From positions 4,633 through 68,632 of the forward strand of contig JAGWGX010000002.1 of NCBI GenBank assembly GCA_028867145.1: a stretch of DNA of 64,000 bases, given 5' to 3'. The position numbers and the translations under genes are program-made. This document shows positions 26,979-36,079 of the stretch, piece after piece. The notes under the pieces are model-generated. The model made no database searches and was not told the origin of the DNA. It worked only from the letters and a program-made list of their open reading frames with translations. Numbering within the stretch: the first letter of the stretch is position 1; every line of letters begins with the position of its first letter. Origin of the DNA: Candidatus Micrarchaeota archaeon (GTDB lineage: Archaea > Micrarchaeota > Micrarchaeia > Micrarchaeales > CABMGC01).

Positions 26979-28988
26979 ATGGGAAGGAACAATCTTAGCC
27001 TGCTTTTTGTCTCATTGCTAATTTTTGTTATGGTCTCAAATTCGGCTAGCGCCCAGTACTGGTACCAGTACGGTGCAAGGGCGGGCGTGACCTCGGCGCA
27101 AAACAGTGGGGCAGCAATTACTATACAGACCATCACACCGCAGAAGAGCAAATCGGGATCGCTTGGGTACTGGGTTGGAGAGAATCTCGACAACGGCGCC
27201 TTTTTGCAGGTGGGATATGTGGTTGAGAATGTAAGCGGTATGTATCCCGCGCTTTGCGACCTTGCAAGCTGCAGGAACTATGAGCAGCTTAGCGCAGGCG
27301 ACACGCAGTGGTTCTACGAGTATTTCCCGTCCGGCTACAACGGCGGATTCCTTGGGGCATTGGGACCGGACAACTCGGTGGGGGCAAACGGCACCTCGCA
27401 CACATACGCATTCTATGCTTCATCTGGAAAATGGTACTTCACGCTTGACGGGAAAATACTTGGCAATGTGAGCCTGGGCTCGAGCACATCAGGCCCCAGC
27501 ATGCCGGTGGCATTTGGGGAGGTGGCAAACACCACCGGAGTGAGCTCGCCCGTTCCACAGATAATATTTAGCAACTTCTCGTTTTACAGGTCGGGGGTTT
27601 TCAAGGCGGTCCAGCAGGGGCTTGCTTACATCGGATATGGGGTGGGGAGCAAGACAGACATGAGAAATCCGTACGGGGTGCAGGAGCTTGGGAACAGGAT
27701 AAACTATTTTGCAATCGGCTCCGGGCTAGCCCAGCCCATCAACAACACGATCCTCTGGAACCTTGGGTACACGCTTAGCATAAACTCAAACTACGCGAAC
27801 CTAAGCGGGAGGACAAACTATGTCGCGTACTCTAGCGTGAAGCTCAGCGCCCCGCAGACGGTTCAGCTAAATGCGACGGCAAGGATGATGTTCACCGGAT
27901 GGCAGGGCGTAGGCCTTGGGTCATACACGGGAGCGGCAAACAGCGTCCTTGTGACAATGAGCGGAAATGTGACGGAGACCGCGCTTTGGCAAAAGCAGTA
28001 CTACTTCAACGCCTCCTCGGCGTATGGGACAACTTTTGGGAGCGGATGGTACTACAACGGGAGCGCGGTTAGCTACGGGCTGAAAAGCAACGTGACGCAG
28101 ACAAGCGCCACGAGCAGGCAGGTGTTTGCGGGCTGGAGCAACGGGAATGGGGCGGTAAACGGGACGCTTGTGCTCACAAAGCCAGGGGCCGCGAGCGCGA
28201 GCTGGAATGTGCAGTACCTTGTGAGCGTGCAGTCGCAGTACGGCAGCGTGGCGGGGAGCGGATGGTATAACAACAACAGCGTCGCGCAGATCTCCATAAG
28301 CTCAAACACTATGGTGACAAACGTTTCGACAAAGCTCGGGTTTTACCAGTGGAGCAACGGCAACAAGAACAAGAGCTTCTCAATCACAGTTGGCGGGCCT
28401 TTGCTGCTTAGCGCGCAGTTTAGGAACCTGTACCTGACAGGATTTGCGGCGCAGAACTCAAACGGCGCGCAGCTCTCAAACGTCACATTGTACATAGGCA
28501 ATCAGACAATCACAAACAACTCATACTTTTACTCCGCGGTTCCCTACCAGATTTCATTTGCTTACTACAAGGGAGTGAAGATGGCAATAAGCTCCAACTT
28601 CACGGTCAGCTCTGCTGGCACAGTTGCAGTTACGCTGCCGGTGTATCAGGTGAATATCGCCTCAAGGGACATCTTTGGGATGCCGGTAAACTCGCTTGTG
28701 ACGCTTAGCTTCTCAAACAGCTCTCGCGTTGAGCAGTACACCGGATCTAGCGGCGCAATCGCCTTCAATAACGTGCCATACGGATACGCAAGCGGAACTG
28801 CAAGCTACCTGGGGATTTCGCAGGGGATAAATGTTAGAAGCGGGGCTGGCAGCGGGATAACATTTGTCTCGCTCTTTGACTTTGGGGTCTTCGCGGGGGT
28901 TGCGCTAGTTATCGCAATCGCGTACTTCCTTGCAAAGCGCAGATACGGAGGCAATCGCCTGGAAGGAGAGATGAGCCAGGCCACTTAA
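26979..28988 (+). CDS. large secreted, C-terminally anchored surface protein; eqolisin/thermopsin-like N-domain plus repeated beta-domains
   Basis: Signal peptide MGRNNLSLLFVSLLIFVMVSNSASA. Many NxS/T sequons. Three or more repeats of about 75 aa (YG..(F/A)GSGWY.N.S...F.GWSNGN). C-terminal TM helix VFAGVALVIAIAYFLAKRR. Confidence 0.75.
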   Translation: MGRNNLSLLFVSLLIFVMVSNSASAQYWYQYGARAGVTSAQNSGAAITIQTITPQKSKSGSLGYWVGENLDNGAFLQVGYVVENVSGMYPALCDLASCRNYEQLSAGDTQWFYEYFPSGYNGGFLGALGPDNSVGANGTSHTYAFYASSGKWYFTLDGKILGNVSLGSSTSGPSMPVAFGEVANTTGVSSPVPQIIFSNFSFYRSGVFKAVQQGLAYIGYGVGSKTDMRNPYGVQELGNRINYFAIGSGLAQPINNTILWNLGYTLSINSNYANLSGRTNYVAYSSVKLSAPQTVQLNATARMMFTGWQGVGLGSYTGAANSVLVTMSGNVTETALWQKQYYFNASSAYGTTFGSGWYYNGSAVSYGLKSNVTQTSATSRQVFAGWSNGNGAVNGTLVLTKPGAASASWNVQYLVSVQSQYGSVAGSGWYNNNSVAQISISSNTMVTNVSTKLGFYQWSNGNKNKSFSITVGGPLLLSAQFRNLYLTGFAAQNSNGAQLSNVTLYIGNQTITNNSYFYSAVPYQISFAYYKGVKMAISSNFTVSSAGTVAVTLPVYQVNIASRDIFGMPVNSLVTLSFSNSSRVEQYTGSSGAIAFNNVPYGYASGTASYLGISQGINVRSGAGSGITFVSLFDFGVFAGVALVIAIAYFLAKRRYGGNRLEGEMSQAT

Positions 28989-29030
28989 GATAAATTTATA
29001 ATTTCTAGTTTGGAATAGGATATCGTTTCA

Positions 29031-29558
29031 ATGAAGTGCCTAATACTTGTACCGCCAAGGGAGTTTCGCGACGAGACGGTTGCGATGGCAAGGCTGATTT
29101 TGGGGAAGTGGGGGATAGCACCGGTGATGGCAAGCTACACAAAGGAAGGGAAGGAGTGTGTTGGCGCGCATGGCGCAACTTTTAGGCCGGATGTGAATGC
29201 GACAAAGCTCAGCTCTGAGGGCTATGATGCGATGTTTATTGTCGATGGCCCGGGGGTTGATATCTACAAGCTCGATGATTTCCATCCCCTCACGCAGCTT
29301 GTGAAGGATTTTGTGGACAACAAGAAGATTGTCGCTGCTCTTGGAAACGCAGTGAAAGTGGTAGCAAGGGCCAATGTTATAACGGACAGGAGAATCTCTG
29401 CGCCAAAGAGCGATGAGATCTCAAGGATGATTCGCATTTACCATGGGAAGGAATCGGAAAGCGAGATGGAATACGACAAGTACCTCCTCACCGCAAAGAG
29501 CAACCAAAAGCTTGACGCATTCCTAAACCTGATGCTCGAGAAGATGGGAGTAAAATAA
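29031..29558 (+). CDS. DJ-1/PfpI-fold protein (nucleophile Cys apparently missing)
   Basis: Flavodoxin-like pattern: YDAMFIVDGPG, then KKIVAALGNAVKV where the family normally has AAICHGP. Confidence 0.5.
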   Translation: MKCLILVPPREFRDETVAMARLILGKWGIAPVMASYTKEGKECVGAHGATFRPDVNATKLSSEGYDAMFIVDGPGVDIYKLDDFHPLTQLVKDFVDNKKIVAALGNAVKVVARANVITDRRISAPKSDEISRMIRIYHGKESESEMEYDKYLLTAKSNQKLDAFLNLMLEKMGVK

Positions 29559-29559
29559 T

Positions 29560-29874
29560 CTACTTGTAGAAGATGTGCTTCTCCTCTCCGCACTCGCAGA
29601 TGTACGCAGCGTATCCCTTTGAGCTAGCGAGCCTGACCTTGCAGTTTAGCCCCGGAACCAGGACGTTGCCACACTTTTTGCAGACCCCGTTCTTTATCTT
29701 CTCCGGAAGTCTTACCTTGTAGTGGGTGCTGATATTCTTTGCAATCTTGACGTAGCGCCTTGCAAGCTCTATTGACCTTTTGTCTTTCATCCTTGTCCTG
29801 TCCCCTGCAAGCAAGAACAGTCTGTTTATGCGCTCCTGCGCAATCTCTTTGACTATCGGATCCTTCTTTTGCAC
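29560..29874 (-). CDS. rnp4: RNase P protein component 4 (Rpp21)
   Basis: IAQERINRLFLLA...ARRYVKIAKNIS...CKKCGNVLVPGLNCKVRL...ICECG zinc ribbon. Confidence 0.85.
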   Translation of the reverse strand: MQKKDPIVKEIAQERINRLFLLAGDRTRMKDKRSIELARRYVKIAKNISTHYKVRLPEKIKNGVCKKCGNVLVPGLNCKVRLASSKGYAAYICECGEEKHIFYK

Positions 29875-29925
29875 ATTAAGAGTTTGTAGAACTGATATTA
29901 TATTGCTTATCGTCCAAAGCAGAGC

Positions 29926-30183
29926 ATGGAGATTGAGAAGAAAATCTGGCCGCAGTACTTCGAGAAGATTTTAAGCGGTGAAAAGAAGTTTGAAATAAGG
30001 CTTGCCGATTTTGAGGTTAATTCAGGGGATGTTCTGGTTCTCAGGGAATGGAACCCAGAAACAAAAGAGTATACGGGAAGGAAGATTGAGAAGATGGTAA
30101 AGTATGTTTCCAAAATAAACAATCTTTCCACTTATTCAAAGGAGCAGATGGAAAAGTACGGCCTGCAGGTAATTGGATTTTAA
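29926..30183 (+). CDS. ASCH-fold protein (DUF3850-like)
   Basis: KIWPQYFEKILSGEKKFEIRLADFEVNSGDVLVLREW resembles the DUF3850/ASCH N-terminal pattern. Confidence 0.55.
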   Translation: MEIEKKIWPQYFEKILSGEKKFEIRLADFEVNSGDVLVLREWNPETKEYTGRKIEKMVKYVSKINNLSTYSKEQMEKYGLQVIGF

Positions 30184-30190
30184 TCAGGCT

Positions 30191-30278
30191 TGGGTCCAAG
30201 GGGATTTGAACCCCTGACATCTGGCTTTCTTACGAAAGATATAAGACCAGCGCTCTAACCAGGCTGAGCTATGAACCC
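30191..30278 (-). tRNA. tRNA-Ile, anticodon UAU, with 13-nt intron at canonical 37/38 position
   Basis: Hand-folded reverse complement: acceptor GGGTTCA/TGGACCC, D arm GCTC-AGCCTGGTTA-GAGC, anticodon stem CTGGT/GCCAG, loop CT-TAT-A[TCTTTCGTAAGAA]A, T arm AGGGG-TTCAAAT-CCCCT, discriminator A. CTTA pairs with intron TAAG, giving bulge-helix-bulge geometry. Confidence 0.8.
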
Positions 30279-30344
30279 CCAAGCATAATCATATAATTGT
30301 TAAAGTTTTTATTATATTACTTATTTTGCTCTGGGGCCTTTGCA

Positions 30345-31649
30345 ATGGATTTGGGAGAGGGATTAAGGAAAGCGCTGGCGAGGCTGAGCGGAGCGATTGT
30401 TATCGATGCAAAGACGATAAAGGAGTTCAATAAGGAGCTCCAAAAGGCGCTGCTCGGTTCTGACGTTGAGGTGAGCCTTGTTCTTGCTTTGACCAGAAAG
30501 ATTGAGGACGCTGCACTAAAATCGAAGCTCCCGGAGGGGGTTAGCCCAAAGGATTACATTACAAACCTAGTCTATGAGGAGCTCGTGGCTCTGATGGGAA
30601 AGAAGTTCGAGCCGACCCTTGAGCCAAAAAGGATTTTGATGCTCGGACTCTACGGATCGGGAAAGACAACGAGTTCGGCAAAGCTCGCGAAGTTCTACCA
30701 GGACAGGAGGCTTAGCAGCGGCGTTGTGTGCTGCGACGTCGCGCGTCCCGCCGCATATGAGCAGCTCGAGACGCTTGCAAAGCAGGCGGGCGTCGGATTT
30801 TTCGGGATCAAGGGGGAGAAGGATGTTCGCAAGATTGTAAAGGAGGGACTACTTGCGCTAAAGGACAAAAAAGTTATAATCTTCGACTCGAGCGGAAGGA
30901 ACGCGCTTGATTCTGAGCTGATCGAGGAGTTAAAAGAAATCAACCACGAGGCAAAACCAGATGAGAAAATCCTGGTGATAAGCGCGGACATCGGGCAGAT
31001 CGCGGGCAAGCAGGCAAGGCAGTTTGACGAGGCGGTGAAGCTAACAGGAGTGCTCGTCACAAAGCTCGACGGCTCGGGGAAGGGAGGAGGCGCGCTTAGC
31101 GCTGTGAATGCGGCGAATGTGAACATAACCTTCATAGGAACCGGGGAGAAGCTTGGCTCGATCGAACTCTACGACTCCAAGAAGTTTGTTGGCAGGCTGC
31201 TAGGCATCCCCGACATTGAGGCGCTAATCACCCATGTGAACGAGGCGGTAAAGGAGGCAAACATAAACCCAGAGGAGGCAAGCATGCAGGAGCTCAACTT
31301 CGACACCTTCTACACGCAGCTAAAGGCGATGTCAAAGATGGGGCCGCTAAAAAACATGCTTGGAATGCTCGGAATGGTCGATATGCCAAAGGGGGCGGTC
31401 GAGGAGAGCGAGCTAAAGCTCAAGAGGTACAAGACAATTATTGGATCAATGACAAAAGAGGAGAGGCAAGACGAGAAATTGATGCACGATCAAAAGAGGA
31501 TGAAGAGAGTTGCGATGGGCAGCGGAACGACAGAGAAGGATGTGAAGGATTTGCTGAAGGACTTTGCGAACATGAAAAAGATGATGAACGCGTTCCAAAA
31601 CGACAGAGACGTAAAGAGGAAGCTTTCGAGGTTCATGCCAAAAATGTGA
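30345..31649 (+). CDS. srp54: signal recognition particle protein SRP54
   Basis: GLYGSGKTTS, DSSGR, TKLDG G-domain motifs and a Met-rich M domain (MGPLKNMLGMLGM). The ORF-track start at 30297 adds a non-conserved hydrophobic extension. Confidence 0.93.
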   Translation: MDLGEGLRKALARLSGAIVIDAKTIKEFNKELQKALLGSDVEVSLVLALTRKIEDAALKSKLPEGVSPKDYITNLVYEELVALMGKKFEPTLEPKRILMLGLYGSGKTTSSAKLAKFYQDRRLSSGVVCCDVARPAAYEQLETLAKQAGVGFFGIKGEKDVRKIVKEGLLALKDKKVIIFDSSGRNALDSELIEELKEINHEAKPDEKILVISADIGQIAGKQARQFDEAVKLTGVLVTKLDGSGKGGGALSAVNAANVNITFIGTGEKLGSIELYDSKKFVGRLLGIPDIEALITHVNEAVKEANINPEEASMQELNFDTFYTQLKAMSKMGPLKNMLGMLGMVDMPKGAVEESELKLKRYKTIIGSMTKEERQDEKLMHDQKRMKRVAMGSGTTEKDVKDLLKDFANMKKMMNAFQNDRDVKRKLSRFMPKM

Positions 31650-31706
31650 AGAGAAAAAAGAGAGAATAAAGGAAGGAAAAGAAAAAAGAAAACAAAAAAA
31701 CAAACT
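31650..31706 (-). terminator. T-rich tract (minus strand) downstream of the 25-aa ORF
   Basis: The plus strand is a purine run. On the minus strand it reads GTTTGTTTTTTTGTTTTCTTTTTTCTTTTCC..., with multiple T6-T7 runs. Confidence 0.35.
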
Positions 31707-31713
31707 TAGTTAC

Positions 31714-31791
31714 TTATCTTTTTGCCTTCTTTCCCTTTTTGCCCTTTGCCTTACCCTTTGCCTTTCCCTTAGCTTTTTTCTTTGTTGCCAT
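31714..31791 (-). CDS. putative 25-aa Lys/Gly/Ala-rich basic peptide
   Basis: Hand translation gives MATKKKAKGKAKGKAKGKKGKKAKR. TATA-like TTTTTAAATATT (31810-31822) is about 20-30 nt upstream, with AGGT 9 nt upstream and oligo-T tracts downstream. Confidence 0.35.
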   Translation of the reverse strand: MATKKKAKGKAKGKAKGKKGKKAKR

Positions 31792-31891
31792 ATTAGTTAC
31801 CTTTTTGGTAATATTTAAAAAGATGCTGTAAAAAGATATTTAGAGTATTGTAAAATAAACGTGCAGTGATATAAACGATTGGGAAATTTTT

Positions 31892-32998
31892 ATGGCGGAT
31901 AAAGAAGTGTTGCAGAAAAAATTGGACGAGCTCCAAAAGGAGTACGCAAAGACAAAGCACAACAAGGCGACCAACACGCACCTAGGGATACTTCGCGCCA
32001 AGATCTCAAACACAAAAAAGAAGATGACGGAGAGAAAGAAGAAAAAGGGGAAGGGATTCTCCGTAAAAAAAACCGGGGACGCAACAGTTGCGCTTGTTGG
32101 CTTCCCGAATGCGGGAAAATCATCTCTGCAAAAAATACTCACTAACGTGGATTCGAAAGTTGCAGACTACGCATTCACGACGCTTGATGCGATACCCGGA
32201 ATCCTAAGGTACAATGGAGCGACAATACAGATTTTTGACCTTCCGGGGCTAATTGAGGGGGCGCACATTGGAAAGGGAGGAGGCGCAATGATTGCAAGCG
32301 CGATCAGGGTCTCGGACCTTTTGCTCTTTGTGATCGACTCGGCAAACCCGCAAAATCTCTACACGCTACTCAAGGAGCTTCGCGACCTTGGAATACACGC
32401 AGGCAGAAAGAGGCCCGATGTTAGCATGGAGAAGCTCAATTCAGGCGGGATTCGGATTGAGAACCAGGGATACAAGATTCCGGACAAGGAGAGCATAATA
32501 AAGATAATAAACGAGTTTGGAATCTTCAACTGCACAATACACTTCAGGAACGACTCAACGGAGGACGACATAATAGATTTCCTCGCGGGGACGGACTTGT
32601 ACATCGACGCGATAGTCGCGATAAACAAGATAGACGTGAACGAGAACTACATGAATGTGAAGGCGGAGATCGAGGCAAAGACAAAGCTCAAGGTGATACC
32701 GATAAGCGCGCTGAGGAATTTGAACATGGACGAGCTGAGGAAAGGAATCTTCGCGGCGCTAAAGATAAGCAGAATCTACCTAAAGCCAAAGGACGGAAAC
32801 CCGGACTACGAGAATCCGATAATTATGCCAAATGACTCCACGATTGTTGACGTCGCAAAAAAGCTCCACTCGGACCTAGTGAAGAGCCTAAAGTACGGGT
32901 ATGTCTCTGGAAGGAGCGTGAAGTTTAGGAACCAAAAAGTGGGAAAGGAGCACATTCTTGCGGATGAGGACATACTCACAATGGTCTACCAAAACTAG
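31892..32998 (+). CDS. DRG-family GTPase (Obg-like, C-terminal TGS domain)
   Basis: GFPNAGKSSL (G1), DLPGLIEGA (G3), NKID (G4), TGS-like C-terminus. Confidence 0.9.
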   Translation: MADKEVLQKKLDELQKEYAKTKHNKATNTHLGILRAKISNTKKKMTERKKKKGKGFSVKKTGDATVALVGFPNAGKSSLQKILTNVDSKVADYAFTTLDAIPGILRYNGATIQIFDLPGLIEGAHIGKGGGAMIASAIRVSDLLLFVIDSANPQNLYTLLKELRDLGIHAGRKRPDVSMEKLNSGGIRIENQGYKIPDKESIIKIINEFGIFNCTIHFRNDSTEDDIIDFLAGTDLYIDAIVAINKIDVNENYMNVKAEIEAKTKLKVIPISALRNLNMDELRKGIFAALKISRIYLKPKDGNPDYENPIIMPNDSTIVDVAKKLHSDLVKSLKYGYVSGRSVKFRNQKVGKEHILADEDILTMVYQN

Positions 32999-33065
32999 AT
33001 TTTCGAGTGCGATAAAAATTTGGGTTTTTTACAAAATGCTTATTAACTTATAATATTCCATAGTA

Positions 33066-33575
33066 TTGGCGATTAAAGTGGGAATAAAGTACTGGGAATA
33101 CGAGGACGCTCCGCTAAAGGAGAAACTCAAGAACCCGAACGTGAAGGAGGTTGCGAAGATCTATTTTGAGAACGAGACCAAGGCATATCGTTTTGCCAAG
33201 GCGCTATCCGAAGTTAAGAAGAGAGGGGAGCTTAGGCTAAAGGACTGCAGCAAGGAGCTTCCGCTCGCGACATGGAAGAGGTACCTTGACTTTGGGGTTA
33301 ACGTCGGGATATTAAAGCACGAGAGCAACGCCTACTCGTTCACCGACAGGTACTCCAAGCCGCTAAGGAACATCTCGGTTTACATAAAGAGCTGGATTGA
33401 CACGACAGCGGAGGAGAAGATGGAGATACTCTTTGCGAACGCAAAGACCGCGAAGCAGCAAAAGCGCGGAGGAAGGAAGCCCTCGGGGAACATGCCTGAT
33501 GGGACGCAGGTTGCAAGCGAGCCGATCTTAGAGGAAGAGCAAAAGAAGGAAGACAAGGAAAACGTGGCCGCCTGA
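33066..33575 (+). CDS. hypothetical protein with basic/acidic tail
   Basis: 169-aa ORF with TTG start. Possible winged-helix core (WKRYLDFGVNVGILKHESNAYSF). No firm family. Confidence 0.45.
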   Translation: MAIKVGIKYWEYEDAPLKEKLKNPNVKEVAKIYFENETKAYRFAKALSEVKKRGELRLKDCSKELPLATWKRYLDFGVNVGILKHESNAYSFTDRYSKPLRNISVYIKSWIDTTAEEKMEILFANAKTAKQQKRGGRKPSGNMPDGTQVASEPILEEEQKKEDKENVAA

Positions 33576-35033
33576 TCAAACCTCTTTGTGCCAGCGTATT
33601 CCATCCTTTGTGTCTTCGATTACTATTTTGTACTTATTTTTTAGGAGCTCCCTTATCTCGTCAGATTTTTTGAAATCCTTTGCCTTTCTGGCATTTTCCC
33701 TCTCCTCAATTAGCTTCTCGATTTTTCCCTTTATTTCCTTCTTGTCCTGCTTTGAGTTCTTCTCAAACTGTAGGCCAAGTATCGAATCTAGCTCTAGCAT
33801 CATCTCAAGCACAAGCTTTGCATCCGCCTTTGAGAGAAGGTCATGGCCCATCTTGCGGTTTGTCTCGGTTATCAAATTGTGCATTGCAGAGAGCGCGGCA
33901 GGCAGATTTAGGTCGTTGTTTAGGTCCTTGAAGAACTTTGAATGCGCCTCTTCTGCCAGCATCTTGAACTCCTTGTCCAAAGGCGCTGAGCTTTCAAGCG
34001 ATGAGAGCCTTTGAAGGAATGAGTAGATTCCGTTTAGCGTATTTGCTGAGTTTGAGAGGGCTTCAAGCGTGAAGTTTATCTTTTTGCGGTAGTGAGCGGA
34101 GATCAGAAGGTAGCGCACCGCAATCGGGGAGTAGCCCTTCTCTACAAGCTGGCTTATAGTGTAAATGTTTCCGACAGATTTTGCCATCTTCCCCCCGTCC
34201 ACCGTGAGGAAATTGTTGTGCACCCAGTAGTTCACGAACTTCTTTCCTGTCGCCGCCTCTGACTGGGCTATCTCGTTGGTGTGGTGGATTGGGATATGGT
34301 CTATTCCGCCGCAGTGAATGTCAAAGGTCTCGCCCAGATACTTCATGCTCATCGCACTGCACTCAATGTGCCAGCCAGGGAAGCCCTCACCCCACTTTGA
34401 GTCCCAGACCATATCATCAGCAGACTCCCTTTTCCTAAATCTCCATACGGCAAAGTCGGTTATGTTCTTGAGCCCGGCGGCGCGCTCGACCCTTGCGCCT
34501 GCCTTGAGGTATTTATTTAGCTTCTCGAATGTCATCTTCGCAAGCTTTCCGTACTCCTTGAACTTTGAGGTGTCAAAGTAGATTCCGGTTGGGACCTTGT
34601 AGAGGTATCCCTTTTTGTCAAGCGCCTCAATGAGCGAGAGCATCTCCTTTATGTGATCCGTTGCCTTGGGCATTACGCTCGGAGTTAGGATGTTTAGCTG
34701 CTCGAGATCTTTTGTGAACTCGCCAGTGTAAAAATCCGCAACCGCCCTTGCACTCTTGTGCTCGCGCTCCGCTGCAAGCTTAACTTTGTCCTCCCCTAAG
34801 TTCGCATCCCCGACGAGATGGCCTACGTCCGTTATGTTAACCACATGGGTGACCTTGTAGCCTTCATGCTGCAGCGTTCTCCTCAAAATGTCCTGCTCAA
34901 GATACGCCCTGAAGTTTCCAATGTGCGGGGCGCTATAAACAGTGGGGCCGCATGCATACATTGAGACCGCCTTGGCCTTTATCGGCTCGAACTTCTGCTT
35001 TTTATGCGCCAATGTATTGTATAGAAAAAGCAA
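33576..35033 (-). CDS. cysS: cysteinyl-tRNA synthetase
   Basis: [18 protein letters not shown] (HIGH) and KMAKSVGN (KMSKS). TTG start. Confidence 0.94.
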   Translation of the reverse strand: MLFLYNTLAHKKQKFEPIKAKAVSMYACGPTVYSAPHIGNFRAYLEQDILRRTLQHEGYKVTHVVNITDVGHLVGDANLGEDKVKLAAEREHKSARAVADFYTGEFTKDLEQLNILTPSVMPKATDHIKEMLSLIEALDKKGYLYKVPTGIYFDTSKFKEYGKLAKMTFEKLNKYLKAGARVERAAGLKNITDFAVWRFRKRESADDMVWDSKWGEGFPGWHIECSAMSMKYLGETFDIHCGGIDHIPIHHTNEIAQSEAATGKKFVNYWVHNNFLTVDGGKMAKSVGNIYTISQLVEKGYSPIAVRYLLISAHYRKKINFTLEALSNSANTLNGIYSFLQRLSSLESSAPLDKEFKMLAEEAHSKFFKDLNNDLNLPAALSAMHNLITETNRKMGHDLLSKADAKLVLEMMLELDSILGLQFEKNSKQDKKEIKGKIEKLIEERENARKAKDFKKSDEIRELLKNKYKIVIEDTKDGIRWHKEV

Positions 35034-35042
35034 GCACTACAC

Positions 35043-35831
35043 CTAACCGTTCACGCCCTTTATCGTCTGGTTCACGACTATCTGGCTAGGGTTCGAGATT
35101 CCGGGATTGACCACGGGCGTTTTGCTCTGGTAGAAGTCGCCAACTGCAATGTACGTCCTGCTTGCCGTGTAGCTGCCCACAACCTGCGCGACCACCCTGA
35201 TAGTCACATTTTGGCAAAGTAGGGATGAGACAGGAAGACTCGCGTTTAGGAACTGGCTTGTAGGGTAAGGGTTTCCCTGCACGTATGTATTGTAGTGGGT
35301 TGAGACCATCACGTTGCCGCCCTGGAGCACCTCAACGTAGAGAAGGTTGTTTAGCGGCGAGATTATCCTGAAATTAATGTAGGGCTCCACAACCTTAAGC
35401 GGAAGCGAGGTCAGGTTTCCAGGCTGCACCCCCAGTCCTCCGTGGAAGGTGCTTGCAAAGAAGTTGCCAAGATAGTTCACCCAGGTGTGGTTGTAGTATC
35501 CCATCACATTTGCGCTGTTTGCATATGTGATATTGACAGGGACCGATCCGAATGCGCCGGTGGTCTGGTTCCACCCGACATAAGTTCCCGTTGCAAAGTC
35601 CCCATTGTAAACCGGAATCGAGCTTTGGGAGGAGAGACAGCTGCCCTGAGGTATTGTGGTTGTAGTTGAAATGGTCTGCGGGATTGTGGTAGAAGAGACC
35701 ACCCCATTAACCGTTGTGACCACAACTGTGGTTGTGGTTGGCGCTTTTTGCTTAGGGGCAGAGTAGGTGTAAAAGACAAAGATGAGCAGCACTATGAAGA
35801 TTGCTATGTAAGCGATGATTGCCTTTTGCAT
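35043..35831 (-). CDS. membrane-anchored secreted protein with Thr-rich linker and jelly-roll/CBM-like domain
   Basis: N-terminal TM helix IIAYIAIFIVLLIFVFY, linker TTTTVVVTTVNGVVSSTTIPQTISTTTTIP, then the NGDFATGTYVGW motif typical of lectin/CBM-like beta-sandwiches. Confidence 0.6.
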   Translation of the reverse strand: MQKAIIAYIAIFIVLLIFVFYTYSAPKQKAPTTTTVVVTTVNGVVSSTTIPQTISTTTTIPQGSCLSSQSSIPVYNGDFATGTYVGWNQTTGAFGSVPVNITYANSANVMGYYNHTWVNYLGNFFASTFHGGLGVQPGNLTSLPLKVVEPYINFRIISPLNNLLYVEVLQGGNVMVSTHYNTYVQGNPYPTSQFLNASLPVSSLLCQNVTIRVVAQVVGSYTASRTYIAVGDFYQSKTPVVNPGISNPSQIVVNQTIKGVNG

Positions 35832-36079
35832 TGAACCACAGTTACCATGAGTTGAGATGGGAATTATTTAACCCTTTCGGGGCAAAGTTTTGCGATGACC
35901 AAAAATTTCTCGCGATTCTGGCCTGCAAAGGCACGAGGTTTTTGGAGGAAATTGCCAAAAAGGATTGGAGTTATGGTGATAGCCCAAGGCTCAACTTATA
36001 TAAGCCTTTTCATATATAAAGAGTTTAATACTAATGTTACATGTTAGCGTTAGTGTTGTTTTGTTCTAAAGGTGAATAC

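Noticed and set aside
31650-31706. Purine-rich low-complexity tract (GAAGAGAAAAAAGAGAGAATAAAGGAAGGAAAAGAAAAAAG...) considered as a repeat array
   Set aside because: There is no unit periodicity or spacer structure. It is better explained as the complement of an oligo-T terminator region for the minus-strand micro-ORF.
35819-36019. 66-aa plus-strand ORF in the 200-nt gap upstream of rpoH
   Set aside because: It starts inside the upstream minus-strand gene. It has no SD or TATA at proper distance and runs through the rpoH promoter-like TATATAAG/ATATATAAAG elements, so it is probably non-coding spacer.
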